A stretch of DNA of 64,000 bases from NCBI RefSeq assembly GCF_035594765.1, contig NC_085846.1, positions 20,757,190 to 20,821,189 on the forward strand, written 5' to 3'. Positions 45,491 through 56,694 of the stretch are shown piece after piece. Position 1 is the stretch's first letter. Each line of letters starts with the position of its first letter. Source of the stretch: Anolis carolinensis (Eukaryota). The notes under the pieces are model-generated. The model ran no database searches. It had not been told where the DNA came from and saw only the letters and a program-made list of their open reading frames with translations. The position numbers and the translations under genes are program-made.

Positions 45491-47230
45491 TGTTATGCGA
45501 TTTTAGCTCTGCAAGAACCAGGGCCCCAATTCAAAATAAGACCAGGCAGGGTAAACATAAGAATCAGAAGCTTTATTAACTTAGGCCAATAGTGGATGAC
45601 AGGGAAACAGCACTCTCAAATCAGACAGAGGTAATGGGAGACATTTATAGAGACTTGATAGCTATTCAAATTGACTTCTCTCACTCTGAGCACTGATTGG
45701 TGCAAGTTACAATCTGTGTACTGGTAGAGGTGAGTCATCTGCCACTACGGCTGATTGGTTTCCTTGTCTGGTAAGAATTTTAATAATTTTAATACTGTCA
45801 TTATTCAGTTTGAAGCTTGTGGCTGTTTCTGGGTCTGCTTTCAGTTGGTGCATAGAGAAAGAAATGTGGGCAGGAGTCGGGCTCATGTGTGTTGATGGCT
45901 CTAATCCTGTCAGACAGGATCTTACAATAAGTCTGGGCTTGGGTAACAATGGCTGTCAAAACATCATGATGGACTCCAAGAGAGAGACCAAGTTAAGGTG
46001 TTGTGTGCCCTTTCCAGGTGACCAGGTATTAATTCATTGTTGAGTGTGTTTATTATTAGTTAAGAAGGGATGCTCACAGAATAATTATGCCAGCTGCCCA
46101 AATGAGTAATGGGATTAGTCCTGGTGGATGATTGTTCAACTATGTATTTGGAGCAAAATTGCATTTGGGTTTCAGGTAGACTGTGTTTCTGGGGGGAAAG
46201 TTGACTTTGGACATCAGCCAGTGGGATCCTTCATGGCACCTTTCTGGGCCATAGTTTTTGGGTTCCCTTAGTTTTGATAACAAGTACACTAGCAGATCCT
46301 AACAGATCCTTAGGTTTTTATCCTTTGTTTGGTTTATTAAATAACAGATTTACATTACCTGTGCAAACCTAAATAAATTAAGACCAGCTGCCAGTCCATT
46401 CTGATCTAGTCTCTTATGACTGCATCATACATACCAGCTGTTGCAGACCTTACTTGCAGAAGCACAGCAGAGCAAGGGGGAGGAGCAGTCAAGCAGCCAT
46501 TACAATAGGTGCAGTCTGATTGGCTGATGCAAATGAGAAGTTGCTTCGCAAATGGAGATAGGAAGAGCCATAGTGACAGTTGGAGCCAGGGAATTATTTT
46601 TCCGTTAGAGGTTGGAATTCAGGCAGTTAGCAGTTGGTGTTTGGAAATCAGTCTGTTAGGAGTTGGAGTTTGGAAGTTTGTCAGTTGAGAACTGTGTTTT
46701 GAAAAGGAAGCCCCTTTGAGGAAATATAGTTAAAGTCTTCAGGAAGGGAAAGGCTGAGAACTTTATTTGTAAACTCTATGGTCTAGTGTGTTGCTATTTA
46801 AATCTCAGGAAAAGTGGGCTTAAAAGTAAATTGTCTTGTTTGTGTTTCCTTGGTGAAGGAACATATTTACACAGAAACCAAGTTATATGAACATCCTTTG
46901 AGGAGAATAGCATAAGCCTTTAATGAAACCGTTAAGCATCTTTACTGTTCAATGTTAATGAAACCATCACACAAAATTACTGTTCAAACTACAAATAACC
47001 ACTTTCTTGTTTCTCCTCACATAAAGTGTCACATGTGTCTCTCTCAACATGCTAACCTAGAAGAGGCTCCTGAATAAAGCATTGGTAGCAGCATTTGATA
47101 AAGGTAGCAAGTTCGAATCCTCTACATATTTGGTGGCAGCAGAAATAAAAGCCTTAGCAATTCTGGCAAATTTGAAAAATCCTTTCTGTTACATATTTTC
47201 GAACCCCCCCCCCCCCCATCCTCCATAACA
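45491..47230. mobile_element. Possible solo-LTR-like sequence(s), possibly nested
   Basis: TGTTATG (45491)...CATAACA (47230) and inner TGTTGCAGA (46439)...TCTGTTACA (47193), plus CCAAT and AATAAA motifs. No TSD was found. Confidence 0.3.
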
Positions 47231-49276
47231 TTCTTCTACAGTAATATATTAACAACTTTTTGCTAATTGTAAGTGAGACATTTGTGATGTTCTATGAATA
47301 TGCTTGGACCTTATGAATTTAGCTTGATTATTTTGTGCTCATGGGCATTTTATAGAAAAAGCTGTGTTTTATTACTTTGACCATGACACCTGATATTCCC
47401 TGCAATTACTATTTCAAAAATAAGCATCTACTTAATATGCATTCTTTACATATGAACAAACCTCATAATTAAATTGGTAGCATAAAACTCACTGTTGTCC
47501 TTTTATGAAATACTTATGCTTCCCTTCCTAGACCACAGGTTAATTTGGCCATTTGTGCACTTTTCTATTAGTATATATAAGGGTAAAAAACATTGAAACC
47601 AGAATTTCTTCTGATATTAAATAGGACTTAATGGTCTTTTTAAAAAAGAGACCATACTAATCAATGCAGACATAATAGTAAACTGTCAAAGGAAAACTTG
47701 TATTTCACCATGTTTACTTTTTTATTATACATGCAATTCCATTGTCATTTTTTACTTAAACTCCATTTTTTCAATCCATCCATGTCCCCAAAGTAGCTTA
47801 CAAAGAATAAAAAAATAGCAATACCATCAAACAACATATTTTAATATAAACAGGAACAAGATTGCAGAAGTAAACACCTCCAGTTAAACAGATAATGTTA
47901 ATTAAAATATATTAAGATTATGTCTAAATCATAATGGAGCAAAATAAGCTGTTAGTGGAATGGAGTTAGTTACAGTGTTGTTTCTGATATCATCTTACTC
48001 GTTTTCCAAGTGTTGGTGTAAATCCATGAGGTTCCACATTCTACACTATTTAGGTTTTCAAAGTTCAGAAACATGTATTCAGCTGTTGGCTATTCTGTTA
48101 ATGTATTATGGCAATATACCCAAGACAGTCATTTGCATGTACCAGAGAATAAAAGAATCAAGATATTTTCCTATTAGAACACAGTGCAAGAGTAGGGACT
48201 TCCTGAACCTACAAAGATCCATGTGGATGCCTTTTGCTGCAGGTCCAGACATAGGAAAATGGCAATACACCTTTCTATGGATCCTCTCGCTCTTGAGTGA
48301 CATGACAATGGTCATGTTGGCATGGAGATGCATTGTTCAAAAGAAAAATGTGGATTGGCAGTGACATCAGTAGGTGCAGCTACAGAGATATAGCTATGCG
48401 AAAAGTGTATGTCTCCTGATGCATGATCTCAGTTGACATTTTAAAAATGCATGCTGTGACATATCCAATTCCTCCCACCCAATTGTGGTCTACATTTCTG
48501 ATGTCTACATTTGTTTTTATTTACTTACTTATTATTGGTAGCATCCCAAGAACATGACACTGAAACAGTAACATGATTAAGAAGGGATAGGCCCTTGCTC
48601 TGAATCTTTTTCTAGGGATTTTCTGAACTCCTTGGCATGACTAACCTCATTTGAAACTGAAATGCCCTGGTGTCTACTACTGCTTACTTGAGAAGAAAAT
48701 GAGTTCATTGAATAAGCTCTGGAATCCCAAACAAGAAGTAAATGGAAATCAACACAAATTTATTTTAATAATTATATTTTCTGAAGCTGTAATACATAAG
48801 GTTCTACTGATGTCAGAATGGACTAGCAAGGCAGGAATAAAAAGACCCCCTCCTTGTTTATGATTGTGCAAAATTAGCCGATGTGGCCACAGTGGTCAAG
48901 CACACACACGGAGCTGTATGGCTAGTGAGATGGCAGCGTCAAGGGGCTAAGTGCAGGGAAAGGATGGTGATGGCAGTGTTTTTCTGGACATGGAAAATGA
49001 ACTCAATCCAGCATTCTTGACTGCCATGAAGCCCCAGAATTCTCTGGCATTTCCTGCAATGTCTGGATCAACCTTTATTTTAGCTCAAGGTAAGGCAAAG
49101 TTGGTATAAGGACAGAAAATCTTGGATTCTTACTGGAAGTCCCCATGCATTGTGCAGTTAGACAGCACTGGATTTGTAATGAGTTCACATTTTTATCCAT
49201 TTAGATGACTCCTTATAATCCATGCACGGATCTATCTTAGTCAATTATTTTCCTTTGGATTCCTAGTTCTCCTTGT

Positions 49277-50209
49277 TTATCTAACAGGGCATTTCCTTGC
49301 TAGATTTTTCTTCAGTGCCTCTTTCACTTCCTTATTTCTCAGGCAATAGATGAGTGGATTGACAGCTGGAATGACCACGGCATAGAAAATGGACACTATT
49401 TTGTTAAGGTTGAAAGGGTGAATTTTTCTAGGTCGAGCATACATGAAGACTGCTGACGTAAAAAAGATGATGACCACTGTGAGGTGTGAAGCACATGTTG
49501 AGAAGACTTTCTTCTTTCCTTGGACTGTAGGGATGTGAAAAATTGAAGTGATGATGAACAGATAGGATAGAATGGTTACAGCGAGTGGACCAAGGAGAAT
49601 TACCAAGGCCAGAATGAAATCTACCAACTCAGCCGTTGACATATCAGTGCAGGAGAGGTTGAGTACTGGGGAGATATCACAAAAAAAGTGATTAATCACT
49701 CTAGGACCACAAAAGGTCAGCCTGGAGATAAAGATGACTTTGACTAAGGAGGTGGAGAAGCCACATACCCAAGAGAGCAAACCTAACTGGAAACAAAATC
49801 TATGTGTCATAATAGCTGAATAGCGAAGTGGGTTGCATACTGCTATGTATCGATCATATGCCATGACAGCTAGGAGGACACATTCAGTACACATCAATGA
49901 GATGAAGAAGTAGAGCTGAGCCATGCAACTTTGGAAGGAGATGGTCTTGCTCGGTGACCAGAAATCCACCAGCAGTTTGGGAAGTGTGACACTGATATAC
50001 CAGATTTCCAAGAAAGACAAATTTCCAAGGAAAAAATACATGGGTTTATGAAGGCTCCTGTTATTTTTTACTAAGGAGATAATGATAAGATTCTCTGTAA
50101 CTGTTAGTATATATGTCAGAAAGAAAGTCATGAAAAGAAATAGCTGGAGCTCTAGTCCAGAGGGAAACCCCACAAGGATAAATTCAGAAATGATAGTGTT
50201 GTTTTCCAT
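49277..50209 (-). CDS. Olfactory receptor, OR6B-like, 310 aa, intact
   Basis: Motifs [86 protein letters not shown]. An acceptor lies at ~50227, upstream of ATG 50209. Confidence 0.95.
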   Translation of the reverse strand: MENNTIISEFILVGFPSGLELQLFLFMTFFLTYILTVTENLIIISLVKNNRSLHKPMYFFLGNLSFLEIWYISVTLPKLLVDFWSPSKTISFQSCMAQLYFFISLMCTECVLLAVMAYDRYIAVCNPLRYSAIMTHRFCFQLGLLSWVCGFSTSLVKVIFISRLTFCGPRVINHFFCDISPVLNLSCTDMSTAELVDFILALVILLGPLAVTILSYLFIITSIFHIPTVQGKKKVFSTCASHLTVVIIFFTSAVFMYARPRKIHPFNLNKIVSIFYAVVIPAVNPLIYCLRNKEVKEALKKNLARKCPVR

Positions 50210-51769
50210 CTCCCAAAAGAATAGACCTATAGGCAAGGAAAATAATGGAGATAATGACATTTAATAAAATTTATAGCACACAAAGTATAAACAGAAACTG
50301 GAACACTCACATAATGTTAAAACTTTTAACAAATTAAAATTAATGAATCAATGGATATTATTGATATGATACTAAATATGCCCCCTTCTACACTGCCATA
50401 TAATTCAGTTCAAAGAAGATAATCTGGATTTTAAATGACAGCGTAGAAGGGGCCTAGATGCTTAATTCTGTAAAGAAATGACTTTTATACACCCATAAGG
50501 GAATTTTTGAATTTTTCCTTTTGACACAATAGACCTTCATGCTATACCAAAACATGCTTTAAAGTTTTTCCCCAGTTTTAAGATTGTTCACAACAGAGAT
50601 ATAATGGTCCTTCAAGAAAAGGGGGTGATAAAACTCTTTGACAAAAGGATAAACAAATATGATTGTTCTTCTTTTTGTCATCACTTTGAGAATTGTCTCT
50701 CTGGCAAAAAATGTTGAAACCAAAGTGTGTTTTTCTCCTGAGTATTAATATGAATTTATATATTTTTATTTCGATACACACTGTTTCATTTTTAAAAAAG
50801 AACTACCAATGTGTCAAGAGGTCTGAATTCACTGCTTCAATACAAGAAGAAGTCTAACATAAAAAAATAAATGTGATGTGGAATTTTGCTGTCTTTTTCT
50901 CTCACACAGGCAGCCCTCCCAATAAATATGGGACACATATTTCTACTGTCTCTTTAGAATTTCAAAAGGTGGAAACACTGAGGATGGTATTGGCAAACCT
51001 AGCCAAAGTGAACATCTCAATGCCCATCTCATACATTCAGTTTTTCTATACAAACATCAGGTTGTGGTTTCGTTTAAGTTCCAATGAAATCAGTGAAAAG
51101 TTAAGCACAATTTACACCTGTGTTGTTTTCAGTAGGAAACAAAATGCAACTGACTTACTCTAGATCCACCTTAATATGTCCTTAATACTGGATGTCAGTG
51201 CAGTTTTGGAAATAAATATATATAAATATATATACATAAATATTTGCATTTTAGAAATCTGTTAATATTTTAAAAAATATAATTCACATATGTTATTTTT
51301 CAAATATGCACATATATCTATGCATATACACTCCACGCTAGCTCTTTGTATGTATTTGCTACTATTTTTCTTCTTGCTCCCATCAATATTCTCATGAACA
51401 ATACAGATTTTCCTATTAATCACTATTACTCCAATCCTCACAAACGTTGGCTATAACATAAATGAATACAAAAGCTCTGTTGAATTCTCAACTCACATTA
51501 GCTTGGCAGGGACTGCTTGTAGATTTTCAGATATCGTTGGTTTGAAAGTCTGATCAATACGTCCAATAACATGAAATATGTTCAAAGTGCCTGAAGCTTT
51601 TCACAGCCAAAGATTATACCATGGTGACTTCTTTTCTTAGAAGAATGTCCCTTGGTCTTTTGAGAACTCACTCGTAGGTGAGAACTCACTCGCCTTGATT
51701 TCTAATTAATGAGCCCCAGATCCCCATGATCCCTCAGTGGCTTGAGAGAGTTAAACAAACAATGTCTTG

Positions 51770-51945
51770 TACAGTAGACCCTTGGTATCTACTGGGATTT
51801 GGTTCCAGGATGCCACCCCCTTCTCCAGATAGATATCAAAATTTGCGTATGCTCAAGTTTCATTATACATAATTGTATAGCAAAATGGAAAAATCAAGGT
51901 TTGCTTTTTGATTTTTTTAAAAAAAATACTTTCAAACCATGGTAT
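51770..51945. mobile_element. Tc1/mariner(Tigger)-type MITE fragment
   Basis: Begins ta-cagtagacccttggtatc. A complementary end ggatacagagggcccactata is seen at ~33923-33943. Confidence 0.45.
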
Positions 51946-52019
51946 GTACATTATTAACAAAACAATGGCATAGTAGAATGGTAAAAATGGGTAAGAAGGC
52001 AACATTCTCATTATATAGC

Positions 52020-52021
<2 letters not shown>

Positions 52022-52050
<29 letters not shown>
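52022..52050. repeat. (CA)n microsatellite
   Basis: About 14 units. Confidence 0.95.
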
Positions 52051-52052
<2 letters not shown>

Positions 52053-52839
52053 TTGGGGACCATCATTATAAAAACGTGATAATACTGTACCTTACATTTG
52101 TCAAAGGAAGATGAATAATTTCTTCAACATAGTTTCCAACTATATTTGTAACTGAACTTATGCACATGAAGAACTGCAAAAAAAAAAAAATCACCCAGAA
52201 ATGCATTTAACACAGAAACTTGTATATTTCTGGCAATTTGTTTTCACAATTTATTATGCAAAATACTTTCCTGGAAATATAAGTGTTTTATTTGCCAATG
52301 TTTTTTAAAAAACAATTCATTAATTCCACAGTGAAGACCATGTGTAATTTTTTGGGAAACCATGGGTAGGTTTGTATACAGGGGAAAAAAACCAGTGTTG
52401 ATCTGGCTTCCACTCCATGCATTCCTGTGCAGAATAACTACATGGAACACCTTTGGAAAGTTCAAAAAACTTGAAAAAAATACAAAAATATTTGTTCTCC
52501 TCCTCTGCAGGATGGATTAGATGAAATTTATTCATAATCAAATGCAAGGATGAAATAGTCAAAACTTAATAGTCTTTGGGCATCTGCATACCCTCCACCT
52601 CCATGCACATGTGATATTTCCCTTAGTAAATGTCAGTTATTGGTGAGCTGGCAAGTGTGTATGTGTGTATATATATACATGGATAATTAAGGCTTGGTAA
52701 ATGAGGCCAGCTAAAAGTTAGGTAATAAAGATCTGTTTTGCCCATAAAGATCTGTTAAAATTCTTGACTGCTGCTTTAGATACTGGACTACTGGTAAATT
52801 ACCCCCCTCCACAAAAGAACCTTCCTCTTGTTGATGTGG

Positions 52840-53048
52840 TTTATTTATTTATTTATTTATTTATTTACAGCATTTATATTCCGCCCTTCTTACCCCGAAG
52901 GGGACTCAGGGCGGATCACATTACACATATAGGCAAACATTCAATGCCTTTTAACATAGAACAAAGACAGACAAACATAGGCCTCGAACTCATGACCTCC
53001 TGGTCAGAGTGATTCATTGCAGCTGCTCTCCAGCCTGTGCCACAGCTC
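52840..53048 (-). mobile_element. Internally deleted copy of the tRNA-head/L2-tail SINE
   Basis: The reverse complement matches the head (gctgtggcacag..gaggtcatgagttcgaggcc) and the tail of 61250-61701. The middle ~250 bp is missing. Confidence 0.85.
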
Positions 53049-54869
53049 GAGCTGTTTTTCCTTTTTCCTCAAGAGATAATGGTTGATGCATAGAATGAAT
53101 CTCCTTCTACTCTATCTTGGGTACGATTTTGGAGACTTGATGTAAATTTAGGATTCAAGAGAATAACATCAATTATGTGTGTGTGTGTACACTTCCTTCA
53201 CACTTTCAATGAACACATAGATTAAATATGAGCCTTCAGCAGTTACAAAATTGGAAATCCATTTTATGATCACCTAACTGCTGATTTGTTGATTTATGCT
53301 GTGGTCTTCACTGCCAACTTGAATTTACTGCTTTTATGTTGTGTACTTTTGTTGCTTATCCAGTGGATGTCAGCATAAAACATGACACTTGAGAAAAGTT
53401 AAAAGACACCACCACCCATCTTGTACCCAAACTAACAGCCCTACTAGAATCAATTCAATATAGGAAAATTTAAAAATGAAAAATAAAATGCTGACCCTTT
53501 AACATTAACATGTATTATCTGTCAACATCTGTTTTGATCCCATTAGTTTTATAGGGTTTTCTTAGGCAAAATTTTTCATAAGTGGTTTTGCCAATTTTTT
53601 CTTCTGAAATGTAGCCTACAGCAGCTGATATTTGTTGGTGGTTTTGATTCAACTATTAACCAGGGCTGAGCTTTCTTAGATTCCAAAATCATATGGGATC
53701 TGGTGTTTTAAAGATGTGCCCTCCAAAATAGAAATATAAAATCACTAACAGTTTCTTTAAAAAGAGATCAAAGAACTATTTCAGCAATTTTCTTCTCACT
53801 GTAAAAATGTCTTTGAAAACTATTTTTGAATGCTATTCACAGTCTGGGACTTACCTACGCAAAATTTGAATATGTTTGTTTTACACAGAAAACAGTATTT
53901 TATGTGCAGAAAAACATGTTCCCCATAAAAATAATATTTTCAACCTAGAAATATTAATTCATGTGCAGAAATGATATATTCTTTACAGATAGTGCTGTTT
54001 TGAACAAGTGTGAATTTTAAGCCAAATAACTCCTGATGTGCAAAGTTCTTTATTTGTCCCGGATTTTTCTCATTAGCATGTCACAACATTCAAAATTACA
54101 AGTTTTTGACAATTTTAGAATAATTTTGCTTTCAAATCCAATTTAAACATTAGTCTTCAAATTCATTATACACTGCAAAATTCCTTTGTCCCTACCTCCT
54201 TAATTAGCTGAGCTGATGTCATTGCCACAAACTCAGGACTGATCTACACTGCCATATAATCCAGTTCAAAGCAGATAGTCTGGATTTTTATGGCAGTGTA
54301 GGTGCCAAAAATAGGTTCCAAAAATAGTGATCTTTCAATCAATCTTTATTGTGCCACAAACAGTTTGACAAATGTTTGTTTAACACTTAGTGTGGAAAAA
54401 GGGAGAAAAATCCAATGAGATATAACGCCTTTAAATAAATACATTTTCTTTATTTTTTTCAAATTTATATATGCAACAAGCAAGGTTCATAATGACAAAA
54501 ATATTGGATTACTAAGAGGAATTGCGCTTATACATAAACAATGTTGGTGTCCACAAAAAAGAAATGTATATATAACATTACAAGCTTTCATTAGTCCTAT
54601 TTTGCTGTGAGAAAGTCTTCCCTTAATGGAACCTGGGAACTGCAAGTTGGTGAAAATTGTTACATTTTCCAAATTTTAGAATCTTTTCATGTCCTAGCAA
54701 TTCTTCCCAAAGTTCCTTGAAGCAAAAAACTGCTAAATTATCTGTACAGGAGGAAGAAGGCAAAGAAGGAAAATGAGTTGAAGAAAGATTAAGGATTAAG
54801 GATAGTGAAATTTTTTGGCACATCAGAGCTCAGGAGCACCCTCACTTTTGCCAATAAAATGCCATGTTA

Positions 54870-55838
54870 TCAACAAACCATGATCAGAGCTCCAATACTT
54901 TTTACAAATATCCAGCTGTTAATCATCATCTTCTTCAAGGCTTCTTTTACATCCTTGTTCCTCAAGCTATAGATCATTGGATTAAGAAGTGGAGTAACTA
55001 CTGCATAAAAGACTGAGGCTACTGTGTCCAGATCTGAGGCAAAAGGGGAGATGGGCCTTACATATATGAAGATGACTGTGGAATAGTAAATCACCACCAC
55101 AGCAAGGTGTGAGCCACAGGTGGAAAAAGCTTTCTGCCTTCCAGTGACTGAAGGTATTTGGAGGATGGTTGAAATGATGAAGGTGTAGGATACCATAGTG
55201 AGAAGGCACGTGCTGAGGATGACAAGGGAGGCCAGAACTGAGACCAGTGTAGAGCTGAGAATGGTATTGCCACATGACCGTCTCAGGAGTGGTCCAGCAT
55301 CACAAAAGAAGTGATGGATTTCCTTAGGTCCACAAAATGATAACTGAGATATTAGCACAATAGGCACCAAAGGAGCCAGGAAGCCACCCACCCAGGCTGC
55401 AATCACTAGCCAAGTGGTCAATTGTAGGGTCATGAGGGCTGGATAATGAAGAGGCCGGCATATGGCCAAGTAGCGATCATAAGCCATAGTAGCTAGAAGG
55501 AAACACTCAGTGGAGCCCAAGGCAAAAAAAAGGTAAAGTTGAGCAATACAACCTGTCACAGTGATTGAACTTCCACCAACCAGGAAGCTTTCCAGCATCT
55601 TGGGCACAGTGGAGGTAGTATACCAGATCTCCATGAATGAGAAATTGCCAAGGAAGTAGTACATGGGCCGCTGCAATTTACGATTTGCCTTGATGACTGA
55701 GATGATGACTACATTGGCTGTGATGGTGAGGATGTAAGTAAACAAGACTAGAGTGAAGCACAGCATACGGAGTTGTGGAGAACCTGGGAACCCCAAGATG
55801 GTAAACACCTTTACCACAGTCCTGTTGACAGATTCCAT
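54870..55838 (-). CDS. Olfactory receptor, class II (OR6F/OR11-like), 322 aa, intact
   Basis: Motifs NRT, PMYYFLGNFSFMEIWYT, MAYDRYLAICRPLHY, HFFCD, KAFSTCGSHL, PLLNPMIYSLRNKDVK. Confidence 0.95.
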   Translation of the reverse strand: MESVNRTVVKVFTILGFPGSPQLRMLCFTLVLFTYILTITANVVIISVIKANRKLQRPMYYFLGNFSFMEIWYTTSTVPKMLESFLVGGSSITVTGCIAQLYLFFALGSTECFLLATMAYDRYLAICRPLHYPALMTLQLTTWLVIAAWVGGFLAPLVPIVLISQLSFCGPKEIHHFFCDAGPLLRRSCGNTILSSTLVSVLASLVILSTCLLTMVSYTFIISTILQIPSVTGRQKAFSTCGSHLAVVVIYYSTVIFIYVRPISPFASDLDTVASVFYAVVTPLLNPMIYSLRNKDVKEALKKMMINSWIFVKSIGALIMVC

Positions 55839-56298
55839 GTTGGCATCCGTTCTGAGTAGTATTGTGGTGGGAAGAAGAAAAAAGGAAGAGGAAGAAGAAA
55901 GGGAACAATAGAAAATTAATGGTGTGATATATGCTGTGGTTGTAAGACAATTTTATATTTAAGTTAACTCATCACTAGATACGAGTCCAGTGCATTATAT
56001 AGTCCTCATATCAATTAGCTTATTTGTTTGTTTTTTTAAAAAGTATCCTCACACATGAACCATTATAACAGGAATCTGCCCAGTGCTGTCTTCCCTGAGG
56101 TTACGTTATGTAATGTACTAACTATGCAGCATGCAGCTGAGATTTTTTTAAAAAAACTTCTGGGTAATCATAGTGAGGCACCCTCAGAGTTCACACACAT
56201 CCTAACCTTACCCCCTGTATTACACAGGTTAGGTTAAAAGCCATCTCTATCCATTACCGATCCATACTATGTATCCATACACTTATGCCATATCCAAA

Positions 56299-56428
56299 CC
56301 CCCTCAATGGATTGTCACCTTGTCGTGGTGAGGGGGCTTGCGTGTTCCAATGAACCTGCGAGCACAACCACCGGAGACATGCACTCCCAGGAGTGGCCAC
56401 AGGAGAGGATCCAGACCAAGAACAATCC
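56299..56428 (+). ncRNA. Predicted HDV-like self-cleaving ribozyme
   Basis: P1 CCCCCTC/GAGGGGG; P2 GGATTGT/ACAATCC; P3 ACC/GGT; L3 TTGTCGT; P1.1 G56322-C56337; long P4; J4/2 ACCAA with putative catalytic C56416. Confidence 0.75.
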
Positions 56429-56694
56429 GAAGACCCTAAGACCTCAACGGCGGAACAGGCGGAGGATAACATGGTACATGTTACAATAGCTGTGAAGGTG
56501 GAAGAAGGCTGCAACAGACTGAGAAGCCACTGTTGTTGTGTAATCACACCACTGCTGGAACCTCACTCTGTGAAGACTGTGTGTTGACCAGCTGTGCGCC
56601 GACCTCCACACATTAAAAAAACTCACACACAGGCGTCTTCCAAGAAAGATGGAAGACAATTGTCCTTGAACTACGAGGGATCGCCTAAGAAGAA
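56299..56694 (+). mobile_element. Non-autonomous short retroelement with an RTE-like 5' end and (AAG)n tail
   Basis: 5' motif caccttgtcgtggtgagggggcttgcgtg..caatga, which resembles RTE-clade 5' ends. The 3' end is gagggatcgcctaagaagaa. The TSD gccatatccaaa / gctatatcaaaa matches at 10 of 12 positions. Confidence 0.8.
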
